Below are positions 9,624 through 18,944 of a stretch of 64,000 nt of DNA, one piece after another (position 1 is the first letter of the stretch; each line of letters begins with the position of its first letter). Where the stretch lies: the IMG/VR virus record IMGVR_UViG_3300031413_000001. One strand, 5' to 3'. Both the position numbers and the translations under genes were made by a program. The stretch comes from a virus. Lineage: Duplodnaviria > Heunggongvirae > Uroviricota > Caudoviricetes. The notes beneath the pieces were generated by a model that was not told where the DNA came from, did not search any database, and was given only the letters and a program-made list of their open reading frames with translations.

Positions 9624-10012
9624 GCAAATACTTGAGCGGCCGACCCTTTATGGTCATTTCCTACAGCTACGTTCTAGCTGCGGGACAAAAGAGCAACACG
9701 CCAGGCTTTGGCGCCACTGCAGAGTGGGATCCAATCGAGAACATGGTCATCGTTGATCGTGTTACCAACAAGCAGACGCAGAATGCAGAGTTGATCCTCG
9801 ATCTCTTTGAGAGCAAGGTTCTCAAGAGCAGGAACGTGGACAGTGATGAGGAAAAGTCCAAGCTGTTCAACATGTTCGTCTCCAAGTATTTTGAAGACGT
9901 CAAGGCCGCGCTGGTAAAGTGGATTGCCGCCGACAGCGCAAATCTATCCAAGGTTCAGAACTTTGTGGATGCCCACAATGCACGAAAGGTAGAAGAAGAT
10001 GACGGAAATTGA
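9620..10012 (+). CDS. hypothetical protein
   Basis: ATGA-coupled ORF. Confidence 0.65.
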   Translation: MSKYLSGRPFMVISYSYVLAAGQKSNTPGFGATAEWDPIENMVIVDRVTNKQTQNAELILDLFESKVLKSRNVDSDEEKSKLFNMFVSKYFEDVKAALVKWIAADSANLSKVQNFVDAHNARKVEEDDGN

Positions 10013-10310
10013 TCCAGAGACAATGATGAAGGTAGAAGTCCTCAAGATGGAATTGGTTTCCATCTTGTTGGAATTCATGTCGGATATGAATAACGAGGAG
10101 ACTCGTGCCAAAGTCGTAGAAGACTTCACCGACTACCTGGAGGCCAGCGAAGCATACGACTACACGGTTGTCTGCGACGAAAGCAACAATACTCCTGATC
10201 GTGTCAGCGATCTAGAGCTGTGGGTGGATGTTGCTGTGAACTTTGCTGAGGATGAAGATTACATCTACATTCCTCTTCGCCTGAGCCCGAGGTTTGTTGA
10301 TGAAGAGTAA
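9999..10310 (+). CDS. stand-alone tail-sheath C-terminal-like domain protein
   Basis: YDYTVVCDESNNTPDRVSDLELWVDVAV resembles the gp18-type 'DfrVvCDetNNTp..id.nel..di.i' motif. Confidence 0.7.
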   Translation: MTEIDPETMMKVEVLKMELVSILLEFMSDMNNEETRAKVVEDFTDYLEASEAYDYTVVCDESNNTPDRVSDLELWVDVAVNFAEDEDYIYIPLRLSPRFVDEE

Positions 10311-10893
10311 GGTCATCCTAACGGATTGTGATGAAGTCCTGTTCGATTGGGCAGGACCTTTTGAAACTTGGGTCCGTGCCAACTATCCTCAGCATTGTGA
10401 GGCTCCTGGTCTTCTAAAGGACTATTGGGACGTGGAGCGTTGGCTCTCCTGCCCCTATGAGGAATCTCGTGAGCTGATCAGGATCTTCAACAGCAACCCT
10501 GACTACTGGCCGTTCTTCAAGCCACTTCCCCGAGTGGTTGACAATGTTCAGAAGCTTCACAGCGAAGGCTACCGCTTTGTGGCTATCACGGCCTGTGACA
10601 CTGATCAGGCCACCTACAATGGTCGCTGGCAGAACCTCAATGAGGTCTTTGGCGTGGGAGTGTTTGACACTCTGCATTGTGTGGGATTGGCCGAAAGCAA
10701 AAAGGAGCACCTGGCTCGCTATGTTCCAACCTATTGGGTAGAGGACAAGATGAAGCATGCCAGCGCAGGAGTGGATGTGGGCCACACCAGCTTCTTGATC
10801 AACTACAAGCATAATGAAATGCACGAGGATCCAAGAGTTCAGCGCGTTGATAGCTGGGATGACATCTATGATCGGATCCACCAGGATCCATAA
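10300..10893 (+). CDS. HAD-superfamily 5'(3')-deoxyribonucleotidase-like protein
   Basis: ILTDCDEVL, AITA, WVEDK. Confidence 0.8.
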   Translation: MKSKVILTDCDEVLFDWAGPFETWVRANYPQHCEAPGLLKDYWDVERWLSCPYEESRELIRIFNSNPDYWPFFKPLPRVVDNVQKLHSEGYRFVAITACDTDQATYNGRWQNLNEVFGVGVFDTLHCVGLAESKKEHLARYVPTYWVEDKMKHASAGVDVGHTSFLINYKHNEMHEDPRVQRVDSWDDIYDRIHQDP

Positions 10894-11007
10894 CCGCCTA
10901 CTTATCTGTTTTCCAGCAGGCAATTAAACACACTGTTTAGCCACTCTCCAAGACTTAAATACTTGTGAGCAGCCCCACAACACCAACCCTCATTTTGGAG
11001 GTCGAAA

Positions 11008-11808
11008 GTGGCTAAACAGAATCGTGCAAAGGGTGCAAACCGCCCCAATCCTCGTGCAGACCGTAACATCGGCCCAACCCCTGGCGCCCGTGGCGGTCGC
11101 TATCAGCAGGATCGCACCTCGAATGTTATTGAGCTAAACTTCCCTCAGAAGCCAAAGAAGCAGCGCGTGGACATCGTTCCTCGCAATCTTGCACAGGAAA
11201 ACTTGGTTTCTAGCCTAGAGAACCCCAACAAGCATGTGGTTTTCGCCGTTGGTCCAGCTGGTACTGGTAAGACGCTTCTGGCCACCATGCACGCTATCAA
11301 GTGCTTTAAGGCTGGTCTGGTTGAGAAGATTGTTATCACCCGCCCCAACGTTGCAGTCGACGACAAGGACATTGGTTACTTGCCAGGCGACATCTTGAAG
11401 AAGATGACCCCATGGATGATGCCAGTTCTGGACGTCTTTGGTGAATACTTCACGCAGCCCGAGATTCAGGCAATGCTGGAAGAGAACATCATTGAAATGG
11501 TGCCAATCGCATTCATCCGTGGTCGCACGTTTAAGAACGCCTACATTCTGGTAGATGAGGCACAGGGCACAACTCCTAATTCGCTTCTCTCGATTCTCAC
11601 ACGTATTGGTGAGGGTTCCAAGATGGTTGTAACGGGCGATCTCGCTCAGAGCGATCGTGGATCCGACAACGGACTTGCCGACTTTTTGGGTCGCTTTCAG
11701 TCCAGCCCCTGCATTGACGTAATCAAGTTCCAGCGCGGAGACGTTGAGCGTCACCCTGTTGTCAAGGAACTCCTGGGTATCTACACGGGATTCAACGGCA
11801 ACATCTAA
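11008..11808 (+). CDS. phoH: PhoH-like ATPase
   Basis: GPAGTGKT, IGYLPG, RGRTF, DEAQ, TRIGEGSKMVVTGD.Q.D. Confidence 0.95.
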   Translation: MAKQNRAKGANRPNPRADRNIGPTPGARGGRYQQDRTSNVIELNFPQKPKKQRVDIVPRNLAQENLVSSLENPNKHVVFAVGPAGTGKTLLATMHAIKCFKAGLVEKIVITRPNVAVDDKDIGYLPGDILKKMTPWMMPVLDVFGEYFTQPEIQAMLEENIIEMVPIAFIRGRTFKNAYILVDEAQGTTPNSLLSILTRIGEGSKMVVTGDLAQSDRGSDNGLADFLGRFQSSPCIDVIKFQRGDVERHPVVKELLGIYTGFNGNI

Positions 11809-11822
11809 GAATACCACAAGCT

Positions 11823-11868
11823 AAAAGGAATAGGTCCCAGGGGTTGCTCTCTAGGGGCCTATTCTTTT
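11823..11868 (+). terminator. intrinsic terminator after phoH
   Basis: aaaaggaataggtccc...ggggcctattctttt stem with U-run. Confidence 0.7.
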
Positions 11869-11905
11869 GGTTGACAACCAGCTCTGTCCTCGTACAAAAG
11901 AACAT

Positions 11906-12439
11906 ATGAGCAACACAGCAATCTTCACGCCATCGGGCGTTCAACATAAGCGACTGAAGAAACTTGCCGCTGGCGGTGAGGATGTTACAGTCAGTCCCGA
12001 GGCCCTGGGCCCGCTCTATCAGGACGGCGACGACCTGAAGACGCTGGCGTGGGACTATTACAATATGGAGAACGCCGGTCGGCGCAACTTCATCCACTTC
12101 ATGGAGTTGGATGAGCCGGCTCTCGAGGGCGAGTTCCACATCGTACGGAAGAAGCTGACGCCGCTGGGCCAGCAGGCTCTCGCCGCACTGGAAATTGGTT
12201 GGTTCTGGAACTCCGAGACCAACGAGGAAGCCGTCCAGGCAACCTTCGATTTCTACCGCGATCTGATGAACAAGGGCAAGTTCTCCGTTCAGCACGCCGA
12301 CTGGATCGTGGGCAACGCCGACGAACGCTTTCGTGAGCTACGGAATGAGGTCGTGTACTTCAAGCTCAAGGCCAAGAGGATCGGCGACTTTTTCGTCGAG
12401 GACAAGGACGCAAGTTTGAGCGCGGGGATGATGCGGTAA
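11906..12439 (+). CDS. hypothetical protein
   Basis: ORF downstream of a TTGACA element at about 11871. Confidence 0.65.
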   Translation: MSNTAIFTPSGVQHKRLKKLAAGGEDVTVSPEALGPLYQDGDDLKTLAWDYYNMENAGRRNFIHFMELDEPALEGEFHIVRKKLTPLGQQALAALEIGWFWNSETNEEAVQATFDFYRDLMNKGKFSVQHADWIVGNADERFRELRNEVVYFKLKAKRIGDFFVEDKDASLSAGMMR

Positions 12440-13152
12440 TGGAGCGAGAGCCCTTTTTAAGCAACGACGTCTTGGCAGAAGTGGCAGGACGTCTACGCTT
12501 TGGGGGCCAGCCCCTGGAGCAGAAGATCGGAGAAATGTCCCAGCCGGAGCCAGCACCCTGGTCCTGGCCCACTCACCCCATGGACCGGACGGCCGCAATG
12601 TTTGGCCTCCGGGGGTTTGAGTTCAACACTCTCCAGCAAGAAGCCATTCGAGAGCTTCCCAACAACGTGATGCTTCAGGATGCTTACCGGAAGTTTCTGA
12701 TGATCGCCAAGCTGACTTGCGCGGAGGGTCTTCAGAAGGTTCGTGATCACGAGCAAAAGCAAGCTGAAGACAAGATGAAGCGCGACCGCGTCTATCAGGG
12801 CAAAAAGAAAGCCTATGATGAGCGGGTCAAGAGCCTGAGCAAGAGCTGGACGGCTGTTCGGGACACCATCCGGACGCGCTGGACTCGGATCGGTAAAAGC
12901 GTGGCAACCATGCTGGAGCGAAATGGCTCGCTGAAGAACATGACCGATCGTGATCGGGAGTTCATCGAGGAAATGGTGCGTCGCGGAGTCGCGGCAGTGG
13001 ACCGCTCGGATGGCGCGGTCATCTACTTTAATTGGGATAAGTTTGCGGACTTCTCAATCGAGGATATCAACGAGGTTGTCCTGATGCTAGATCAGCATTC
13101 CAGTGGTGGCTTCATCCGTAAGCCAGTGAAGACTCCGTTTAACGATCTTTAA
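12439..13152 (+). CDS. hypothetical protein
   Basis: TAATG-coupled 237-aa ORF. Confidence 0.65.
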   Translation: MEREPFLSNDVLAEVAGRLRFGGQPLEQKIGEMSQPEPAPWSWPTHPMDRTAAMFGLRGFEFNTLQQEAIRELPNNVMLQDAYRKFLMIAKLTCAEGLQKVRDHEQKQAEDKMKRDRVYQGKKKAYDERVKSLSKSWTAVRDTIRTRWTRIGKSVATMLERNGSLKNMTDRDREFIEEMVRRGVAAVDRSDGAVIYFNWDKFADFSIEDINEVVLMLDQHSSGGFIRKPVKTPFNDL

Positions 13153-13273
13153 CTGGAGCCTTCACGAGAAGTCGGCTTTCGATTGCCCTAACGTCGAGTG
13201 GTCTTTTGGTGCTTTCACCAAGAGACTTCTTGGCGTCTGCGGTCTTTGTATCCAATAGTTCCCAAAGTCGCAT
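13139..13273 (-). CDS. 44-aa protein MRLWELLDTK...VKDR (absent from the ORF track)
   Basis: GGAG RBS and exact TATAAATA upstream on the minus strand (13307-13314). Confidence 0.55.
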   Translation of the reverse strand: MRLWELLDTKTADAKKSLGESTKRPLDVRAIESRLLVKAPVKDR

Positions 13274-13304
13274 GTCAGTTCTCCACTGCTGGGTCATACC
13301 ATTG

Positions 13305-13330
13305 GGTATTTATACCAAACGGTAAATACC
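13305..13330. promoter_or_regulatory. divergent pair of T4-type late-promoter-like motifs
   Basis: TATAAATA on the minus strand and TAAATA on the plus strand, within an inverted repeat. Confidence 0.6.
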
Positions 13331-13347
13331 AGAACTAGGAGGATTTC

Positions 13348-13908
13348 ATGCCAGAAGCTAATCCACAACTATTCAAGCGACTGAGTGATTCGGAAAGTCT
13401 CACTGACGTCATGATCCAGATGGAGGACTTTATGGACTCTCTGGACCTCTACGTTTTTAAGAATTGGTTTGAGGGCGAGATCGTCCAGGGCCCAGAGATC
13501 CGCCGCTACTGGGTCTCGATGACACTCAAGTATGAGTACGAGGAGATGCCTGATCCAGCGGGAGCAGAGCGTCTTATTCGTCATGGTGCAAAGGTTGAAT
13601 ACCGAAAGGCCAAGAACGAGCAACCAGCGGAAGCCAAAGGTCCCGAGGACTTCACGGTCACTAACAAGCCCAAGATGATCCAAAAGGACATCTGGCTCGT
13701 TGATGTTCAGATTCCCCGCCGCTTTATCGAGGAACTCGACGACAGCGATCTGGAAATGCACGTGGACGATGAACTCGTTGACGTTGAGGATGTCTCGGAT
13801 GCCCGTGACGAAGACATTGATCAGGAAGCTGCATTTACCAAGGAGGGCGACGCAGAGCTCACCGATGGCGAAGATGAAGAGTCCGATGAAGACACCGGAG
13901 GTCTATAA
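13348..13908 (+). CDS. acidic hypothetical phage protein
   Basis: AGGAGG RBS; TAAATA upstream. Confidence 0.75.
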   Translation: MPEANPQLFKRLSDSESLTDVMIQMEDFMDSLDLYVFKNWFEGEIVQGPEIRRYWVSMTLKYEYEEMPDPAGAERLIRHGAKVEYRKAKNEQPAEAKGPEDFTVTNKPKMIQKDIWLVDVQIPRRFIEELDDSDLEMHVDDELVDVEDVSDARDEDIDQEAAFTKEGDAELTDGEDEESDEDTGGL

Positions 13909-14651
13909 TGGCTAATCTGTTCGAAGGACTCAAAGAGGGTGATCTTGAGGAGCTCGTGCTTTCCAAGATCTCCATTGATGAATATGAAAGCAAACTGGAC
14001 GATGACAGCATCGTGGTTGCATTCTACGTTCAAGATCGCGAACCAGCGGGTGACCTGAATCGCTTTATCCAAAAGGGCCCCACCGCCCTGCTGGATACCG
14101 ACGTCAGCCCGGCACCAAACGAAGATGGCTTTTATATGGTCTTTGTTGAGCTTCTTCGCGATGAGGAGTTTCCCAAGAAGGTCGTTGACATAACGGACAG
14201 CCTGCAGGGACTCACCGGTATTGAAAGCTGGACCGTGTTGGTCTATGGAAGCGAAGAAGAGCAGGAAGTAACCGAGGAATATCTCGCGACTGCGGTTCGC
14301 CTTCACAGCAAGGAAGACCACGAAGAAGAATCCGAAGACTCAGTTGATGAGAGCCTGACGGAGTTCTTCCGGAACAGCGATCTGGAGAATCTGGTCGTTG
14401 AGGGAAAGCGTGTTAGCTTCCAGGGACCAGTGGCAACTTTTGAGATGAACCTTGTGGACCTGGGAGCATTTGATTTGCTTCAGGAACGCAATGCGGTGCT
14501 CTCTCAGGGGCTAAGGCTTGATGAAGCAGCACAACACAATGTCAGCCGCTTGAAAGCTCTACTAGGCGATCTATGGGTGGTGGAGCATCTACAAAACCAC
14601 GTCCTGCTCAGCAATGTGTTGAGCGAAGACGTGGCCTTGTTCCGACTGTAA
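13908..14651 (+). CDS. acidic hypothetical phage protein
   Basis: TAATG-coupled ORF. Confidence 0.75.
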   Translation: MANLFEGLKEGDLEELVLSKISIDEYESKLDDDSIVVAFYVQDREPAGDLNRFIQKGPTALLDTDVSPAPNEDGFYMVFVELLRDEEFPKKVVDITDSLQGLTGIESWTVLVYGSEEEQEVTEEYLATAVRLHSKEDHEEESEDSVDESLTEFFRNSDLENLVVEGKRVSFQGPVATFEMNLVDLGAFDLLQERNAVLSQGLRLDEAAQHNVSRLKALLGDLWVVEHLQNHVLLSNVLSEDVALFRL

Positions 14652-15059
14652 TTAGAAAGTGGGCTTCATCGAGGATTCGCTGACTTCCTTGAAGGTGCCC
14701 GGCTCCAGGATGTAATAGGCGTTGTAGCTGGGCTCCTCACAGTCTTTGTGAAAGACCAGCTTGCCGGAGACCATTGCGTCCGAGATTGCCTGGAACATCT
14801 TGTCCCCATAGCAACCCCAGATGGACGTCATCTGCGAGTAGCCCTCGTTCCCACAGCCATCGCCCTCGCGAGCATAGATCGTGAGTTCGCCATTGGGACC
14901 AACCTGCAAGGGTCCCTTCCAGTCCGGCTGGTACTGGCACTCATCGTGGTAGAGCTCACCGATCTCGGTTTCGTCCATCAGCTTGGTGTTGAGCTGATCC
15001 AGATCCTTGATCGCGAGATCATCGACCTGATAGATCTCAAGATTAGTCCACAGTCCCAT
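14652..15059 (-). CDS. hypothetical protein
   Basis: AGGAG RBS, 135 aa. Confidence 0.65.
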   Translation of the reverse strand: MGLWTNLEIYQVDDLAIKDLDQLNTKLMDETEIGELYHDECQYQPDWKGPLQVGPNGELTIYAREGDGCGNEGYSQMTSIWGCYGDKMFQAISDAMVSGKLVFHKDCEEPSYNAYYILEPGTFKEVSESSMKPTF

Positions 15060-15348
15060 CTTCTTCTCCTTTATGAAATCTCAACTTGAACAGCATTGCT
15101 TTGTCGCGGGTCTCAAATTGGAACCCGCGCTTGTCCCCGCCCATGCTGAATGATTGCCAGTGAATCTTGGGCTCACCCACACTTGTTTCCAACCAATCGT
15201 AGGCTTCCTGCGTGATAAAGCGGTGCCTTGCGTGGTGAAGGTATGAGGGAAGATTCTCATCCGTGGGATCAAAAGGATCAAAGAGCTCGTCGGTTTCCTC
15301 TTTCGTCAAATAGACGACGTGGTCTCCATCTATCTCTTTGTACTCCAT
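15043..15348 (-). CDS. FKLxW-motif family protein
   Basis: DWLETSV...FQFETRDKAMLFKLRF. Confidence 0.75.
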   Translation of the reverse strand: MEYKEIDGDHVVYLTKEETDELFDPFDPTDENLPSYLHHARHRFITQEAYDWLETSVGEPKIHWQSFSMGGDKRGFQFETRDKAMLFKLRFHKGEEDGTVD

Positions 15349-15417
15349 GCCAGGGTCCTAGCAGAGCTTGGAAAGAAGTCAAGGAAAAGGGCCAGTGTTT
15401 CCACTGACCCCAAGTCC

Positions 15418-15657
15418 TTAGTTGCTGTCGGAACGATCGTTGTCGTTCTCGTGATCGATGATCAGGTACGTGACACCAGCGATGATGCCTGCACCGATCA
15501 GGACGGGAACGACCTGGCTCTTGCGCTTCTCGCTCTTGACGACCGGGGTGGTCGCATACGAACGGGTTGCATTCTGCACCGAGAGGCTCGAAGCAGGGTT
15601 GGCCATTGCGACCGTTGGCATGGTGAGCATTGCGGCTGCGATCAGAATCTTCTTCAT
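15418..15657 (-). CDS. small exported or membrane protein
   Basis: Signal peptide MKKILIAAAMLTMPTVAMA-NPASSLS plus C-terminal TM helix; AGGAG RBS. Confidence 0.75.
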   Translation of the reverse strand: MKKILIAAAMLTMPTVAMANPASSLSVQNATRSYATTPVVKSEKRKSQVVPVLIGAGIIAGVTYLIIDHENDNDRSDSN

Positions 15658-15715
15658 CTTGTATCTCCTTTGTTTGCCATGCTGCTTTGCAGCATAGAAA
15701 CCAGTCTGTCAACAG

Positions 15716-15746
15716 AAAAGGCAGAGTAGAAATACTCTGCCTTTTT
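15716..15746. terminator. bidirectional intrinsic terminator downstream of tRNA-Pro
   Basis: aaaaggcagagta-gaaa-tactctgccttttt. Confidence 0.75.
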
Positions 15747-15750
15747 GTAG

Positions 15751-15824
15751 TCGGGAATGTAGGATTCGAACCTACGACCCCCTGCTCCCAAAGCAGGTGC
15801 GCTACCAGGCTGCGCTAATCCCCG
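15751..15824 (-). tRNA. tRNA-Pro(TGG)
   Basis: CGGGGATTAGCGCAGCCTGGTAGCGC...CTGCT-TTGGG-AGCAG...GGTTCGAATCC...TTCCCGA. Confidence 0.93.
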
Positions 15825-15870
15825 TTGCAGCTCTATTTATACGCAGAGCCAGTGCGTTTTTCAATAACTT

Positions 15871-16677
15871 TTATGTCCACAGACTGCGACGAACCTTGAT
15901 CAAACGTATCAGCATTTCTTCGTCTTCTTCCTCGTAGAAAGCCTCAAGTTTGCTACGCGCTTCTGCGAGCTCCTTGTTGTGTGGTCGATTGAAGATTGCC
16001 GCAAAGCTTTGATCTTCACTGAGGTCCTGAGGCTCGTTGAACAGTGGATGCTCGTATGGGTCAGCCCGCGTTGGACGGACTTGAGTCCACCAGAGATAGA
16101 GAAGCTTTTTCTCTTTAGCGGATGCCGTCTGAGTACCCGAGGTTTCAGCAATTTCCCAGTCAAGATGCTTGAGACCAGAGCTAGGATTACGGATGCGCTT
16201 TCTCTTATAGCGCCGAAACTTTTTGCCAAAGTTTCCAAGAAAGCTGGAGATGTCATCGGTTTCGGGTTCATCCTCGGACGTTGCATCGTTCATAGCCGCC
16301 AGCTCAATCTCCACAAAGTCCTTGAGGATCTGAAAGTTGGCATGCAGGAGGATGTAATCGGGGTCGTGATAGTCCTTGCTGATTTCCATCTTCAGGACGT
16401 CGTAGCGATCCCAAGTGCGGAAACGGATCCAGTTGCGGACATTCTTTTTGCGCTGGGTGAAGTTGTGACTCCACCAGATGGGAACAGTATCCCAGATGAA
16501 GAAGCGCCAAGGAAAGCTGCTCTTCAGTCGGTCATCACGAACGCCCCACTGTCCAATGGGAAGGCTACGGGGTCCGTGGGGAGGTAGGATAAACCGCCGA
16601 GCGATCTTCTCGATGAAGGTACGATCTGCGGGATTACGATGGTGCGTAATTTTGGGAAGTTTGAATTTCATCATCAT
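15871..16677 (-). CDS. hypothetical phage protein
   Basis: 268-aa ORF between tRNA genes. Confidence 0.7.
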   Translation of the reverse strand: MMMKFKLPKITHHRNPADRTFIEKIARRFILPPHGPRSLPIGQWGVRDDRLKSSFPWRFFIWDTVPIWWSHNFTQRKKNVRNWIRFRTWDRYDVLKMEISKDYHDPDYILLHANFQILKDFVEIELAAMNDATSEDEPETDDISSFLGNFGKKFRRYKRKRIRNPSSGLKHLDWEIAETSGTQTASAKEKKLLYLWWTQVRPTRADPYEHPLFNEPQDLSEDQSFAAIFNRPHNKELAEARSKLEAFYEEEDEEMLIRLIKVRRSLWT

Positions 16678-16717
16678 GTCCTAGATCGATCTATAACATG
16701 ACATTCTCCTCAAGCGT

Positions 16718-16794
16718 TGGTGCCCCGGAAGGGATTCGAACCCCTGACCGTCGGTTTAGGAAACCGCTACTCTATCCGGCTGAGCTACCGGGGC
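16718..16794 (-). tRNA. tRNA-Arg(CCT)
   Basis: GCCCCGGTAGCTCAG...CGGT-TTCCTAA-ACCG...GGTTCGAATCC...GGGGCACCA (CCA encoded). Confidence 0.93.
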
Positions 16795-16799
16795 ATTTG

Positions 16800-16881
16800 T
16801 GCGCCTGGAGGGACTCGAACCCCCACACCTTGCGATACCAGGACCTAAACCTGGCGCGTCTACCAATTCCACCACAAGCGC
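16800..16881 (-). tRNA. tRNA-Leu(TAG)
   Basis: GCGCTTGTGGTGGAATTGGTAGACGCG CCAGG-TTTAGGT-CCTGG, long variable arm, GGTTCGAGTCC. Confidence 0.93.
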
Positions 16882-16917
16882 GTTGTTCTCTACTTATAAG
16901 AGAGAACTATACCGTTG

Positions 16918-17283
16918 TCAACATTGCGGGCACAAAGATCGCTCAAGAAACTGCTGATTGTTTACCATATAGGCAACCATGGAATCAGTGGCCTCGGGAA
17001 AGTCGAACAGCGAATGCCAGGCATAGCTTCCCTGACCCATGGGCTCATCAGAGACCCACACGTGAAATATCTGATGGACTGGATCCTCGATATAATCCAA
17101 CACCCACTCGTTGTCCTGTACATCTTGCCCCAAGGCAGTGCCGCAATCATCCATTGCCAGATAAACGATTGGTTTCTCATAATCGTTTGGCATATTGCTG
17201 GGAAAGCCCCACGAGTTGTTCTCTTGCCGGAGTAGAAAGCGTCCGGTTGTTCTGCTCTGGATAATCATCACGTTATGTTTCAT
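16918..17283 (-). CDS. hypothetical protein, possibly a degenerate NUDIX fold
   Basis: IIQSRTTGRFLLRQENNSWGFP resembles a NUDIX N-terminus, but the box glutamates are missing. Confidence 0.45.
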   Translation of the reverse strand: MKHNVMIIQSRTTGRFLLRQENNSWGFPSNMPNDYEKPIVYLAMDDCGTALGQDVQDNEWVLDYIEDPVHQIFHVWVSDEPMGQGSYAWHSLFDFPEATDSMVAYMVNNQQFLERSLCPQC

Positions 17284-17382
17284 ACCACTCCTCTAGCAGG
17301 GTGGAAATCCTGGGATCAATTGAATACTGACAATTCAGAGCATTTTCCCGTATAAAGAGAGAAGACCAAATAGGGAGTTCAT

Positions 17383-18030
17383 ATGAGTAAAAAATCTGGT
17401 ATGGAGAAGGGCGTGGCGGAAATCAAAGTTGAGTCCACTCCCGAGTCCACTACAGTTATGGCCACGGTTCCAGTCAACCCAGTTCCAACCTTGCGCGACA
17501 AGGGAATGTACTTTCTCAGCGGTGGCTTCAACAGTGAAAGCGCCAGCAAGATTGTCACGTGGATCCTCGAGGCCAACTTTGCTCCCAAGAATGATTTCGA
17601 TCATCTGACGCTGATCATCAACAGCCCTGGTGGTGAAGTCAACAGCGCCTTTGCGATCATCGACGCAATGGAGGGAAGCGCCATCCCCGTTCATACCGTT
17701 GGTCTGGGGATGATTGGTAGCTGCGGCTTCCTAACGTTCATTGCTGGTGCCAAGGGTCACAGGATCTTGACGCCCAACACTTCCATTCTAAGCCACCAGT
17801 GGTCTTGGGGTGATGCAGGCAAGGCACATGAGCTCTTTGCAACGGTTCGTGAATACGAGCTCACGCAGACGCGCATGATGAACCACTACATCAAGCACAC
17901 CGGACTTACCAAGGCGCAGATTGAGCAGAAGCTCTTGCCGCCACATGATATCTGGTTGAGTGCTCAGGAAGCCAAGGACCTTGGCGTCTGCGACGACATC
18001 AAGATCATGGGACAGGGAAACGCCAAGTAA
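17383..18030 (+). CDS. clpP: ATP-dependent Clp protease proteolytic subunit
   Basis: INSPGGEV, GMIGSCG (catalytic Ser), ILSHQ, DIWLSAQEAKDLG. Confidence 0.92.
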   Translation: MSKKSGMEKGVAEIKVESTPESTTVMATVPVNPVPTLRDKGMYFLSGGFNSESASKIVTWILEANFAPKNDFDHLTLIINSPGGEVNSAFAIIDAMEGSAIPVHTVGLGMIGSCGFLTFIAGAKGHRILTPNTSILSHQWSWGDAGKAHELFATVREYELTQTRMMNHYIKHTGLTKAQIEQKLLPPHDIWLSAQEAKDLGVCDDIKIMGQGNAK

Positions 18031-18434
18031 TGGAATACGTTGCAGGACTTCTCTTCAGCGACGAGGGTGACCGCGTTGCACTGATCTTGAAGAACCGGCC
18101 CGCATGGCAGGCTGGTTCCTACAATGCCATCGGTGGAAAGATTGAGCCCGGTGAGACTTCCTTCATGGCTATGAAGAGGGAGTTCATCGAGGAAGCAGGC
18201 GTGGACATTGACTGGGATCTGAGGATTACCCTTCAGGGTCCAGACTACAAGGTTCACTTCTTCTCCTGCTACAATAGCGAGGCGATGACGTACCTTCGTA
18301 CCTGTACGGACGAGATTGTGGAAGTGGTTGAAACCTACAACCTTCCCGAGAACGTGATCCCCAACCTTTGGTGGATTGTGCCCATGATGAATGACGAAAG
18401 CATCGAGGGACAGACCATTAAGGTCTCAGAGTAA
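18030..18434 (+). CDS. NUDIX hydrolase
   Basis: GGKIEPGETSFMAMKREFIEEAG Nudix box. Confidence 0.9.
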   Translation: MEYVAGLLFSDEGDRVALILKNRPAWQAGSYNAIGGKIEPGETSFMAMKREFIEEAGVDIDWDLRITLQGPDYKVHFFSCYNSEAMTYLRTCTDEIVEVVETYNLPENVIPNLWWIVPMMNDESIEGQTIKVSE

Positions 18435-18464
18435 ATAGTCTGAGATTCCTTAATGATGAGAGAT

Positions 18465-18683
18465 ATGAGTAAAGAAGACACACTGAAGATGAAGGGTCTA
18501 GTAACCGAGATCCTTCCAAACGCTCTATTTCGTATCAGGCTCGAGAATGACGCAATGATTATTGGTCATATCTCGGGCAAGATGCGTAAGAACAACATCA
18601 AAGTTCTTGTCGGCGATGCCGTGGATTTGGAGATGACTCCATATGACCTGACCAAAGGTCGGATCACGTTCCGCTACAAGTAA
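18465..18683 (+). CDS. infA: translation initiation factor IF-1
   Basis: MSKEDT...[11 protein letters not shown]...[32 protein letters not shown]. Confidence 0.96.
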   Translation: MSKEDTLKMKGLVTEILPNALFRIRLENDAMIIGHISGKMRKNNIKVLVGDAVDLEMTPYDLTKGRITFRYK

Positions 18684-18944
18684 TCAGCCCCACGTTAGCT
18701 TGAACAGCAAGGCAGTGTTGGGATCCTTGAAAAAGAAGTCCGCATTGCCATAACTGGGATAGCAGTAATATACCCAATCACTGTAGTATCGCTCGTCCGT
18801 GAGAACATGCGACTCCAGCCAATCCCTTACCTCTGGTAACAAAGCTGGCTGATTGGGCCAGTCCAATGATACCACGTTGTTCAGCGGTACCTCATGGACC
18901 GGATACATCCAGGGACCATTGCGACGTATCTGAACCGCATTCAT
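18684..18944 (-). CDS. FKLxW-motif family protein
   Basis: PEVRDWLESH...FFFKDPNTALLFKLTWG. Confidence 0.8.
   Translation of the reverse strand: MNAVQIRRNGPWMYPVHEVPLNNVVSLDWPNQPALLPEVRDWLESHVLTDERYYSDWVYYCYPSYGNADFFFKDPNTALLFKLTWG

Noticed and set aside
16698-17264. 188-aa plus-strand ORF
   Set aside because: It is antisense to two tRNAs and to ORF 16918-17283.
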